A stretch of DNA of 64,000 bases from Octopus sinensis. Taxonomy: Eukaryota. This document shows, in pieces, positions 49,372 through 61,950 of this stretch (position 1 is its first letter; each line of letters opens with the position of its first letter). The stretch is from positions 3,596,001 through 3,660,000 of the forward strand of contig NC_043012.1 in NCBI RefSeq assembly GCF_006345805.1, written 5' to 3'. Position numbers and translations under genes: made by a program. The notes beneath the pieces are model-generated. The model was not told the DNA's origin and did no database searches. It worked only from the letters and a program-made list of their open reading frames with translations.

Positions 49372-51564
49372 GTAGATCTCGGCATTCTGTGACAGGCATT
49401 ATATTATGGCATTTGTCCCAGCTCTGTGGATGCATTTGGTTCAAATCCTACTGAAGTCAATTTTGTCTTTTATCCTTCAGGGTGTGGAGTAGGGATGGGT
49501 CAAAATATTCTTCTCTACTCCAAGCACAAGGCCCAAAATTTTGTGGGAGGGAGCCAGTTGATTAGATCAACTCCAGTACACAACTGGTACTCAATTTATT
49601 GACTCCGAAAGGATGAAAGACAAAGTAAACCTTGGTGGAATTTGAACTCAGAACGTAAAGACAGACAAAATATAGCTAAGCATTTTGCCTGGCGTGCTAA
49701 CGTTTCTGCCAGCTCACCGCCTTTGTAGATATAAATATAGATATATTAATGGGGATGGGTAAAAATAATAAGGTACCAGTCCATAGTGGTGGATTGCTGG
49801 CATTGCTAGAGTGCCAGACAAAATACCTTGTGGTACTTGTTTCAACTCTTTAATGGTAAAAAAAACTAGGTCTGTAACTAGGTTTGACATCATCATATGG
49901 CTCCTGGGTGCCTTTTAACAAAGGCTGAATGCTTGCAACAGAATAAACTAAGTCTTTGCTTTCAGAAAAAATTTCCTTTCTTACCAGTTTCAGGGGGCCT
50001 AACCAAAAAAAAACCCCCAAAAAGTCACAGATGTTGCCCTTCTTTCTCTGGCTAAATGTTAAAAAAAAAAATTTCAACTTCATTATCCTTTTTTGTTTAT
50101 GTTTCATGGTTTGTGGGGCAGTCCTTGGGTCCATCATCATTTAATGTCTGTTGAATGATGATGCTGGTGTTGGTCCCTAGGACTGCATTATGTTCCAGTG
50201 TCTGCTTTGGCATGGCTTCTATGGTTGAATGCCCTTCCTAATGTCAACCACTTTACAACCTCTTTTGGGTGCCTTTTTCATAATGGTTGAGTGCACTTTT
50301 GCTTCATTTTATTGCTGTAGTCTTTGGTGTACCGAAATGAAAAATAAGCACTTCATTCTCACATTGAGTAAAGTTAAATGGTTAGCATTAGAAAGGAAGT
50401 CAATTGAACAAACCATTGATTTGGAATATTTGGAAGGACACATTTTTTTTCAAATATTGAAAAATAAAAATATTACAGACTTTCCTCATTAAAAGAAATA
50501 TGATGAAAAATCAATGTATCATTTATTTATTTGTTTATTTATGTATTTATCAAAGGAATTATAAAACATATGAAAAGTAACCTGTTTATCTGAAAATAAC
50601 TTCTTGAAAATGTTTATTTCTGATTTTGAACTAAAACTTCAATATTTGTGGTCTATTTTTGGTAACATCCAATATAGATTGATACTCATCTGCTTTTAAG
50701 ATGTATTTCTTTTTGAGAAAATAAAACTCAAAATAGTCCAGACTTTGCTCTCTCCCTCTCTAGTTGCATCAAATATTTTAGAAGCATTTGATGATCAAAA
50801 GAAACTGTTTTTTGTTTTTTCTGTCCCTGTTAAGAATTTTTGTTTTTCTAGAATATGTTGTAGAAAAATAGGAAGTGATTGTCCAATTAAGTGTTTCTCC
50901 CATTCAGAAATAGAATGTAATTAAGTGGTGTACATAATTGTCCCTATTTACTCCTTCCTAGCCTTTTATCTCCTTCCATGAAAGATTTCATGATGAGATA
51001 AGTAATTTTTCTTAACCTTTCAAACCAGAAATGCTCCAGTGTCGCTTAAACTTGTCTAATAATAATAATAATAATAATAATAACAATAATGATGATAAAA
51101 ATATGTTCAAAAGTAGAATAGTTGTACAAATTGTGCCTGTCAAAATGATTTGAAAAGAAAGCTTACCCTAAGCCAAGTCCATTCTTATTTATAAATGCCC
51201 TCTGTCTATTTTACCATCACTTCATTTCAGTAATATCTGAATTATTAGTGGTGGCCATTTATAGATGCTTGTTAACGTTGTGGTTTCACAGAAATTAATA
51301 AATAACCCTACTTTTAGAAATAAATAAATGACCACCTTTAGTTGAAGAAATCGACCCCAGGACTTATTCTTTTCAGTCTTCCATGGAAACATGTCTGATC
51401 ATGAGGAAATATTGCTTTGCTTCAAAGCATGCAGGTTCTGTTTCACTCACAAGACATTGGTCAGCATGAAATTATAGAATCGAAAACACTTCCCTAAGCT
51501 GGAAGGCCGTATAACTGAACCTAAAAACCATTTGAGCCTCTTAACCACATAGGCACATGCATGG

Positions 51565-51942
51565 TATAGGTGCAGAAATGGCTAAGTCAGAAACCATTAT
51601 GGTACAATATAACTGCTTCCAACCTTGTGATTTCAAGTTCAGTCCCACTGTGTGACACCTTGGGCAAGTGTCTTCTACTATAACACTTAGCCGACCAATG
51701 CTTTCTGAAGGAATTTTGTAGATGGAAACTGTGTGGAAGCCTGTTGTATATGTGTTTGTGTGTCACTGTTTGTGTCCCACCCCAACTACTTAACATCCGG
51801 TGTTGGTTTGCTTTCATCCCCATCACTTGGTGGTTTGACAAAAGAGACCATTAAAATCACTACTAGGGTCAGTTTGTTCAATTAAACCCTTTGAGGTAGT
51901 GCTCCTGCATGGCTGTGGTACAATGACTGAAGCCAGAAAAAG
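51565..51942 (+). mobile_element. OR-type SINE (diverged)
   Basis: caagttcagtcccactg...ccttgggcaagtgtc...ggtagtgctcctgcatggc. Confidence 0.8.
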
Positions 51943-52466
51943 ATTATCTAAAATATTAAAAAACAAAAAAAAAAGGGGAATTTTCTATTTTGAAATGAAT
52001 TAGAAACTGAAAATTTAGCTAATTAAAGGATTTTAAAACTTTTCTTGTAACAGACAGTTCTTAATACATGGGACTTAAAACTGATATTTACTTTGTTTTC
52101 CAAATATGTACATACCCAGAATATTTAACCCTTTATTTATCTTACATATTTTACCCATCTTCTTTTCTTAGTTAATTTTATTATTTAAGCGTTTTTTCTT
52201 TTTGTATTTAAAATTTACTTTTGTTTTAGATTCATAATTTTCCTTATTCTTTATCTCATTTAAGTCTTCTATTTTTCCTTACAACCAGTTTCTTCTCATT
52301 TACTAGGTTAAAAAGAAACGATTCTGCTTCATTTTACTTTTATCCTAGATAAATAGTTTTTTAATTTTTATTTTATTTTATTTTTGTCTCTCTTTTTACT
52401 TCACTAACCATGTTCTGGGGTTTATTCATAGAGAGGTACATTCCTTAATGTTTTATATGTTTACAG

Positions 52467-52471
52467 GGAAG
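52467..52471 (+). other. Candidate 5-nt microexon GGAAG
   Basis: ttttatatgtttacag|GGAAG|gtaatg after a very long T-rich tract. Confidence 0.2.
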
Positions 52472-53364
52472 GTAATGTTAGTAGATCAGAACATATGTCT
52501 GGCGAGGGAGAGAGAGAGAGAGAGAGAGAGGCTTGCAAGTAGTAAAAACCTGGTTGGTAGTCTTGACTCTACTGCTTGCCATGTGTGACCTCTATCATCA
52601 TTTTCCTTACTGGCTGGCTATGTAACAAATGGGCAAAACTAAGATGGATTTCCAACTCATTTGAACCCTGACCTTGCAGTTGAATGATGGAGCTATTTTT
52701 ATTATGTTTGTGTAGATAAAAAAAAGATAATTGAAAAAAACAAAAAAACAAAAAAGAAATTCCTCTTGCTACTTTTTTTTAAGTAATTGATATTTCAGAT
52801 TCCTTCCCTGTTCAATTTGTTATTGGACTGATAGCTTTTCAGCTAAAATATATAGTTATTGGTTTTTAATAAAGTTGTTTGTAATCCACTTAAATTTTGA
52901 CCCACAAGCAATAGTTCTTCTCCAGACATGGTTTATAGCTTCCAGTTTAGTTCATAAAATATAGCAAGATTAAAAATTAGGTAATTAAAATATCTTAAAA
53001 CTGCTTGGTTTCTTTTAAAATTCTTAGATTACAATACAAAAAAGTAAAAAAAAAAAAAGAAATTAAAAGGAATGAAATTTTAATGTTTTCCATTGCCAAT
53101 GTTTAAAGTGGGGCCATACTAAGGGCAATCTTTTTTTTTATGAAAGCAAGAGCAGACTGATTTTGTAATGTGGTTTTTCTTTTCTTTTTTTAAATTTTAG
53201 TAAAACTGTTAACTTTTGTAATTCTCTCTTGATACATTGATTCAAGTTTAAAAATCAAAAAAGTACAATTTAAAAAAAAATCTGTTAGCGTGAAAATTAT
53301 CACTAGAGTTAGATAATTTTCTAACTCAAAAAATTATGTATTGTAGAATGTATATGTGTGTGTA

Positions 53365-53749
53365 TACACACACACACACATTGTTTCAATGAGCAGTGGA
53401 GCCTGAACTGGTAAGGTATTGGTCACTCTCTGACTGGTTTATGGTCAAGCCTGTAGCAGTGGAGACTTCTACACACACACACACATACATCATTATTTCA
53501 ATGTCCACTTTTCCATGCTTTTAGCCTGATGAGCAGTGGAACCTGGGCTGGTAAGGTATTGGTCACTCTCTGACTAGTTTATGGTCAAGCCTGTGGCAGT
53601 GGAGACTTCTACACACACACACACACACACATCATTGTTTCAATGTCCACTTTTCCATGCTTTTAGCCTGATGAGCAGTGAACCCTAAGCTGATATGGTA
53701 TTGGTCACTCTCTGACTGGTTTATGGTTAAGCCTGTGGCAGTGGAAACT

Positions 53750-53846
<97 letters not shown>

Positions 53847-53963
53847 TGTTTCAATGTCCACTTTCCCATGCTTTTAGCTTGATGAGCAGTGGAGCCTAAG
53901 CTGGTAAAGTGTTGGTCACTTTCTGACTGGTTTATGGTCAAGCCTGTGGCAGTGAAGACTTCT
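53365..53963. repeat. Four-unit tandem minisatellite (~120-bp core plus a variable CA tract)
   Basis: Units end in (g/a)acttct at 53470, 53610, 53752 and 53963. Confidence 0.93.
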
Positions 53964-54137
53964 GGCTCTGGCTCAATTACTTAAAACAATATAAGACTGG
54001 TAATCTACTAAATGCTCATCAAATGATAGATTAATAATGCCTTCAGCTGAAACCTGCTGATTGACCCAAAAGATTTAAATCAATTGATTTGAGAAAATAT
54101 AAACGACAATTTGTAGATGCAAACATAATCATCTTCA

Positions 54138-54240
54138 CATTATTTACATTCGTTGGATATTTGTCCTCACCTTGTTTGTTGTTAACACAACATTTCGGCT
54201 TATATACCCTACATCCTTCATCAGGTGTTTGGGGGGAATT
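54138..54240 (-). mobile_element. Inverted partial 3' copy of the hammerhead-bearing SINE
   Basis: Reverse complement: aaacacCTGATGAagg...aagccGAAAtgttgtgttaacaacaaac...aatgtaaataatg. Confidence 0.85.
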
Positions 54241-54359
54241 TTGGGCATATGGCGTAGTGGTTAAGAGTGCGGCTACTAACCCCAAGATTCCGAGTTCGAT
54301 TCCAAGCAGTGACCTGAACGCTAACAAAAACAACAACAACAATAATAATATTAACAACA

Positions 54360-54660
54360 TGGAGGCGCAATGGCCCAGTTGTTAGAGCAGCAGACTTGCG
54401 GTCGGAGGATCGCGGTTTCGATTCTCAGACCGGGCGTTGTGTGTGTTTATTGAGCAAAAACACCTAAAAGCACCACGAAGCTCCGGCAGGGGGTGCTGGC
54501 GACCCCTGTTGTACTCTTTCGCCACCACTTTCTCTCACTCTCTCTTCCTGTTTCTTGAGTAACGCTGTGATGGACTGGTGTCCCATCTAGCTGGGGGGAA
54601 CATATACACCACAGAAACTGGGAAACTGGGCCCATGAGCCTGGCTAGGCTTGAAAAGGGT
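54360..54660 (+). mobile_element. tRNA-derived SINE with a V-domain-like core (nested)
   Basis: tggaggcgcaatggcccagttgttagagc...gtgatggactggtgtcccatctagc. Confidence 0.82.
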
Positions 54661-54731
54661 GAGAAATAAAGAATTATAACAATATCGAAAAATACCTTAG
54701 GAATGAGAACCAGGGTTTGAAATTTCCCCAA

Positions 54732-54785
54732 GACACCTGATGAAGGCTAGTGGAGGGGGGTGTATATCAGCCGAAACATTGTGTT
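54732..54785 (+). ncRNA. Type I minimal hammerhead-like motif inside the SINE
   Basis: GACAC-CTGATGA-A-GGCT(a)G...CAGCC-GAA-A-CA-T-T-GTGTT; the CA is read as a decayed CpG of an ACGT palindrome. Confidence 0.55.
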
Positions 54786-55755
54786 AACAACAAACAAGAT
54801 GAGGACAAATATCCGTCGAATGTAAATAATGTACAGAATTCCTCATCTCTTAAATATAGAACTGTATAATCATCTTCATCCCTTATATTTTCCATGCTGG
54901 ATGTTTTGACAAGAGCTGGCAAGTCAGAGGGTTGTGTCTCTGCATTGGCACAGTTTCTACAACCAGATGTTCCTCTTAATGCCAACCACTTTATAGAGTG
55001 TGCTGGGTGCTTTTCACATGGCACCAGCACCAGCACCAAGTAATTTTCTAGACAAAGGTACCTTGACTGGGAAGGGATGATTATTAATTCTAAATATTTT
55101 CTTGGCCTTAGTTTGTGTTTGTGTCTTCTCTCTTGGCAAATCATCTTAAGTTGTGTGGAAAAATACAGGAATTGTTGCTTGGTTAAGAAGTTTGCTTCAG
55201 AGCCAGGTTTGATCCTACTGTATGGCTAGTTTCTTCTACCGTAGGTTCAAGTTGATCATTGCTTTGCAAGTGAAATTTAACAGACTGAAAGCCGTTTGTG
55301 TGTGTGTGTGCATATGCATACGTACCTGTGTGTGTGTGTGTGTCTGTGCCTGCATGCATGTGTGTGTGTGTACTTTCAAGCGTGATTGTGTGTGCCTGCT
55401 TGTGCACATGTGTGCGTCTTTGCATTGACATCACTCGGGCAGTGGTGATGTTTATAGATATCACACAGCTTGGTAGTTCTGTGTGCAGACACTAGTGGAT
55501 TAGCCTACTTTAGTTGAAAACAAGAGCCAGCAGTGGGAAGGCCATTTGGCCACTAAATACTACCTCAGGAAGTCTTGTCTAGTTCATGTCAACAAGGAAA
55601 CAAAAACAGAAAAAAAACAGACATAAAAATGATGATGATGGTGTATTTTTTCTAAAACTCCTGTATATTAATATTATCTGAATGACATTTGCACTTTATG
55701 TATCCATTACTTCTTGTCTCAGTTATATTTCACTTGAACAACATTTGTTTTTCAG

Positions 55756-55773
55756 GTTCAGGGCCAACCATAA
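55756..55773 (+). CDS. Candidate terminal coding exon start (VQGQP* in phase 0; a 44-codon tail in phase 1), followed by a TE-free UTR-like block to ~56900
   Basis: Strong acceptor atttgtttttcag|GT; AATAAA at ~56390 and ~56891. Confidence 0.25.
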   Translation, partial: VQGQP

Positions 55774-58700
55774 TCCAGTCATTTTTCTGTAATTCACACA
55801 ACTTGTTCAAGTTAGCTGTGATCAGATGCATCTTTGTGGTGCAGCCCTCTGTCATGTTCTGGTCTGACTGTTCTGTACAACCGTAGCAAATCGTGTGTAG
55901 ATAGATGGAGTTTTATAGTAAGTAGGTTCGAAGTAGTGTTTAGTGAAAATCCATAAAGTAGCTAATCTGTTTTTCAACTTATTATCTCGAACAGTATTGA
56001 AATCCTTTGTTTAATTACTTGCGACATGCAATACAGCGGATGTGAGATTGAATATCAAAGAAGTGCAATTACTGGATTGTTAATGAGAAGACAGACATTT
56101 AAATGGCTTTCTATTGCATTACTCGCTAGTTTTAGAAATTAATTACATTTAATAACTTTATTGTCTGATAATTTTATTTAATATGTTTGTTAAATCAAAT
56201 GTGGAATTCCTTTCAATCTCTTTCAAACTTTGTCTGCAAAATAACGATATTATTTTATCAATTTACATTCTGTGTGTGTGTGTGTGTTTGTGTATATTTA
56301 TGCAAATGTGTGCATTCGTCAGTGGGTGTATGCATTGCTTCAATAACTTAATTTATAATGTTTACAAATAATGCATATAACTGTATTTTAAATAAATATA
56401 TATTGTAATTATTTCCTTCAATGTTTTCTAATTTAGTCTTTGTTATTGGGATTTTCTATCTTTGCTTAATACATTCCTTCTCCCACTCACAGAAGACAAG
56501 ATACAATAAAAGATTTTATTTATTAGTTTCATACAACAGAGAGAGAAGCAGAAATGTCTTATATATGTTTGTAAAGATGATTTTGAATAACATGATAATT
56601 TTTCATCTATACAAAGAAAGAAATAATATTTTTCTCTTTTATTTGTGATTAATTTTTCAGTTATGAAAATAATATATTCAATCTGAAATCACTGATTGGA
56701 AATTTCTTATGTATTGTTTTGTATCATTCCTGAGTGACATAGTGTTCTTGTAATGAATCTTCTAGAGTCTTTGTTTAAAGATCATCAATTTAACTCTCAA
56801 CTGTCATTTCATTGCATCCTACTAGCCAATATCCTCTTTTATTTCTTAAAAAAATATATAAAAAGTACCATTTTTAACTCACAGATGAGCAATAAAACGT
56901 TGGGATGAAGAGATAGATAGATAGGGGGAGGGGCTAGTGTTGCTATTAAAAACCTCTGTTGCAATTCAGGAAATTATTATTTTTATTGTGAGATCAATAC
57001 ATCTAAAAAAAAAAAGTTTGTAATAAATGATATTGATTTTTATTGATATTAATAATAATATTTTGAAGGTGAATAGCATGAAGATGTCAACTTATTCTAT
57101 TAAATTATTGACTAGTATATTTGTTTATCACACTAGTAACTTACTCAGATGGTCATTTCTTTAATGGCGTGTCAATTTTGGAGAATTCCTCCACTTGCCA
57201 TTTGGTGTTGGTACCACTTGTCACCAAGCCATTGATCTACCATATCTGGAAGCAGATATAATTCCAATAAAGCAAGAATTTATCTTGTATGTTATGTAAT
57301 ATACCCACATTTGTCCTTTTCATGCAAAAATATTCCACTAGCCATTCTGGGCTATTTCTCTCGGCTCATTTCCATTCATTATGCTATTGGGTAACATACT
57401 GGTCAATCACAAGTAACCTGCTGAAATGATCTGGTACTTAACTAACCTATTCTGAAAAGGGGTAGGACACTCTGTAAAGTGGTTGACGAATGAATGGAGG
57501 TAACAAATGAGTGAATTCCTTTGGGGCTGCTGAGAACTTGGAAGTTTCTCTTGTGTTGGTGACATGATAAAATGCCCCTTGTAACCTCTGTAAAATGATC
57601 AGTGTTATAGCTTGAGCTAGACCAGCCCTGATTCAGCTGACCTCTGATGAAAAGTATCCTAGTCATGAGTATCTTGTCTTTTTAGGGGAATCTAGGACTA
57701 CACTATCTACTTTGTTCTTGTCCTTACCTTTTTTTTCTCTTTTATTAAAATAGTAGACATGATGTGAGAAAAATCTGACACCATCACCACCACTGTCACC
57801 ATCATCACCACTACCCCCCTCCATCTTCATCACCATTACTACCACCATCATCACCACCACCACTACCACCACTTTCAACTTGGACATAAGTGAGTCAGTG
57901 AAGTAGCCTTTATGTGATTGCTGGAAATCCTGGTTCTACTCAAATAGTAACCAATCTGCTAGAATAGTAACCAAGTCTCCTACCAGCTTAAACAAAAAGG
58001 ACTCATTAGAGGATATAGTCCTAGATGTAAAAAGAAACAGGATGATCATGGCTGGAATGTCCTTGATCATACATATGCTCAATTAGAGCTGATTTAAGCC
58101 TATGCAATAACATTTGCCATAACTACATGTTATCCTTCAAGTAAATGCCTTCATAAGTGGAGGGAAAACAATTAAAAATCGAACACTGGAAACCATCTTG
58201 TAATGAAATTAGAAAAATTCATACTACAGATTTAAACATTACACTCTGTCACCTGGCATGTTTGGCTAAATCCCACTACAGTTAATATTTGATCATTTTT
58301 ACTTATAGTGTGTGTGGGTGGGTGGGGTGCACGTGTGCTCTGAGCATTTTGTAAAACCTATGTACTACCTTTCCATTTGATTTAGTCCTGATTGTTTCAA
58401 CATTGCTGAGGTTGCTAAACAGGTTCGGCTTGGCTTTTTTCCTCCCAGTCTTTTTCCTTGTTTGAACTTACTTCTCGATAAACATTACACATTCTCCTTC
58501 CTGTTTGGAAATGGTAAATCAAGATATGAACATTATACTGTGAAAAAAAAAAAAAAAAAAAAATCTATCTTTGTGTGATAGCAACTTCACAAGCAACGTT
58601 TTGTCAGCTACACTCCATCATGGTATGTGTCACCAAGTGAGCGTATGTAATTGCATGCATGCTTGTGTGTATGTGTTTTTGTATATGTTGAGGAAGCGGT

Positions 58701-59387
58701 GAATAGTTCTTGGATGCAATCAATGGTGTATTTATTGTAGTAGTTTGACTGGAATGAGTCATCATAAGAAGATGCATATGTGAAGACAATAAACTAAACT
58801 TCACTGGTAAATAATGAGTGTATCATTGGTAGATTTTAAGAGAAAAACCACAGATTTCCAGATAGTCTGGGAAAGAGAGGACGAAGGCTTGTGTGACTTA
58901 CAAGGTGTAAAATTAAGAGTAGGTAGTTTTTCTGCTTGGTTGTTTTTGATGTTTTTATTTGCTTTTAGCTTTTGCCAGAAATAACATAGGTTTACCACTT
59001 TAAACAGATTGAACACATTGGGAAGTTTTAGTGATGATCTGTATGCAAGCTGAAGAGAAGGAAGCTTATCAATTCCATTACTGCTGCTAGCAATAATGAA
59101 GGCTTTTACAGATTCTAAATAGTAATTCTAATAACATGCTAAACCATTTTAAGTACAAGAGCACTGACAATGGTTAATTCTGAAGTGTTAGGATAAGTTA
59201 ATATGAGAAATGGATAGGTTTAGAGATTTAGAATTAGTTATGTTAGAATTATCTTGTTGGAAGTAAAATCTTTGATGTTATTGGCTGCTAAAAGATCTGA
59301 ACCTTGTTACTTACTCTTTGAGTAGAACCAGGATTTCCAGTCTTCTGTGAATGTATTCTGTTATAGTTACAGTTGAGTAGTTTACTC

Positions 59388-59805
59388 TTTTCTCTCTTTC
59401 TCTTTTACTTGTTTCAGTCATTTGACTGCGGCCATGCTGGAGCACCGCCTTTAGTCGAACAAATCGACCCCGGGACTTATTCTTTGTAAGCCTATTACTT
59501 ATTCTATCAGTCTTTTTTGCCGAACCGCTGAATTATGGGACATAAACACACCAGCATTGGTTGTCAAGTGATGTTGGGGGGGTGGGGACAAATACAGACA
59601 TACAAACACACACACATACATATATATACATATACATATATACGACGGGCTTCTTTCAGTTTCTGTCTACCAAATCCACTCACAAGGCTTTGGTCAGCCG
59701 AGGCTATAGTAGAAGGCACTTACCCAAGGTGCCACACAGTGGGACTGAACACAGAACCATGTGGTTGGTAAGCAAGCTACTTATCACACAGCCACTCCTA
59801 CACCT
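59388..59805 (-). mobile_element. OR-type SINE
   Basis: Full length. Confidence 0.92.
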
Positions 59806-60559
59806 ATATATATTCTTCATTCATATGATCAGGTTCTGACTGGAATTGGGTATTTTCCTAATGTAGATTGATCAGATATATTGCTGTAGACATACAATGA
59901 TCAAATGAATGAAGGTGTTGTTTAACTTCCAAGTTATAAACATGGATGTATGGTTAAAAAGTTCACTTTACAGCTGTATGGTTCCGTTTTGTAGTCAGAG
60001 TATCTCTCCTAGATCTGTATGTATGTCCCCTAGATCTGTGTGTATAAAAATTGTACTGGGGGTCACTGAGAAAGTCAAGAAACTGAAGGAAATAAAGGAA
60101 GTGGTTGTTTATGATTGTTTCCTTGGAAGAGAAAGATTAGTTTACCCCCCCCCCCCCCACACTACCAGTCAACTCTATTGGGCAAACCTATGATCAAAGA
60201 TATTCCTGCCTAGAGCATCCTGTGTACAGAGAACCCATGAGCACATTATCCAGTGAGCCTTTTTAAAAAAAAAGTAGGATCTGACATGAAGGTGATTTAC
60301 CTGTTATTTCTAGCAGATTGAGTGACCCTGTAGAGTCTCCTTCATTAGCATCAACTCATTGTTTGGTGTTTAATTGAAGAAAAAGGACTGAATGCTTTAT
60401 TGTGTCAGGGCAGCTGGAGAAGTTCTTGAGCCATAGAGTGGACCTTGAATCCAAAATTAAAAGTAAATATAGAATTGCTACTTAAATTTGCTATGTTGTT
60501 TGATGGGTAGTTCATAAGTGCATTTTACAAAGTGGATCGCAGGATGGTCTGCGGTGCTT

Positions 60560-60985
60560 ACTTTGGATTGAGGGGCGACCTGCTGTGCTTGAAGAGATCT
60601 ATTGAGTCAAGTACATCAACATCAAAATAAAAATCAAATGCAATTGTAGATGTGATACCCATGCTGGTGGCACATAAAAAGCACCATCCGAACGTGACCA
60701 ATGCCAGTGCTGCCTTCGCTGGCTTCCGTGCCGGTGGCACGTAAAAAGCATCAACCGATCGTGACCGTTGCCAGCATACTCTGGCCCCTGTGCCGGTGGC
60801 ATGTAAAAAGCACCCACTACACTCACAGAGTGGTTGGCATTAGAAAGGGCATCCAGCTGTAGAAACACTGCCAGATCAGACTGGAGCCTGGCGCAGCCTC
60901 CTGGCTTCTCAGACCCCAGTCAAACTGTCTAACCCATGCTAGCATGGAAAACGGATGTTAAATGATAATGATGATGATGATGATT
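60560..60985 (+). mobile_element. RTE LINE 3' UTR fragment with three tggcacgtaaaaagca subrepeats
   Basis: Ends ggatgttaaatgataatgatgatgatgatg. Confidence 0.9.
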
Positions 60986-60989
60986 TCTG

Positions 60990-61185
60990 TTGAGATGCTT
61001 TATGTTTCTTTCAATTAATTTTAAATATAACAAAGAATTTAGTAAAATAATTTAGTTATCATTAAGTGTTAGGAACATAAATTGTGACTAAGGTTTGGTG
61101 AAAGATTCTAATTCAGAGCTTTTGAAAACTAAACATTTGTACTACAGAGCCAGAGGCGGTTTCAGGCAGGTTGGTATCAGAAGGG
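60990..61185. mobile_element. Right part of a TTAA-type MITE (sibling of 10682-10886)
   Basis: gtgttaggaacataaattgtgactaagg...ggtatcagaaggg|TTAA. Confidence 0.78.
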
Positions 61186-61544
61186 TTAATGAAGAAGAGA
61201 CCCTCTTGGAATCAGAAGCCTCGACTGTCTGCTGGTTTTTTTTAATGGATCAATGGATGGAGGCAACCTTAGCAGTCTTTATAAACATCTTCAGTTTTAT
61301 AGCTTCTTGGTGCACCACTGAGCTGCCATTTGGAAATGTTACCTACAATTGAGGAGCATCTTAGCCAGAAGAGATTTATCTCCTATCAACTAAAAACCAT
61401 ATTGATAGACTAAAGCCTCAGACCTCACAGGCTGCTTCAGTTAAAATAATCACTTGACCCCTACCTATGATTGAGAGACCACTAGATGTAGTGGCTGAAA
61501 GAAAGACTGAATGAAATAGTCATAATTTCCTTCAGTCACAATCA

Positions 61545-61950
61545 TCTTTCACTCAATCTCTCTCACTCACACACATTTTCTTACACATTCTCTCACACAC
61601 ACACACATTTTCTTATATATGCACTCTCTCTCTCTCTTTCTCTCATTCACACACATCCTCTCACTATGTCTCCCACTCCCACTTTATCTCACAGTCTCTC
61701 TTTCTCACTCAGTCTCACACACTATCTCTCTCTCTCTCTCTCTTGCACATACACATTGTCTTACACACTATATATATATATATCGTTCAGCCTCACACTC
61801 ACACTTTATCTCGCAGTCTCCTCTCTCCCCCTTCATTTGATCTCATACTTTGCCTCTCATCCGATCTCACTCTCTCTACTTTCACTACCTCTCTCCCTCT
61901 CCCCTTCTGTCTTTCTCCCTCTCTCTCACCCTCTCTCTCTCTCCTCTCTA
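61545..61950. repeat. Degenerate (CT)n/(CA)n low-complexity tract
   Basis: Direct; it is the source of the Ser/Leu/His ORFs 61619-61994. Confidence 0.9.

Larger units (their letters stand above)
54243..54866 (+). mobile_element. tRNA-headed hammerhead-bearing SINE interrupted by a V-type SINE
   Basis: Head 54243-54320, AAC/AAT linker, insertion 54360-54660, body resumes atcgaaaaataccttagg, tail ttcctcatctcttaaatatagaactgta. Confidence 0.88.

Noticed and set aside
53525-53560. CTGATGAG...CTG-GTAA in the minisatellite units as a tandem hammerhead (retrozyme-like) array
   Set aside because: GAAA is replaced by GTAA/ATAT, there is no 10.1-11.1 pair, and no stem III or stem I can be formed.
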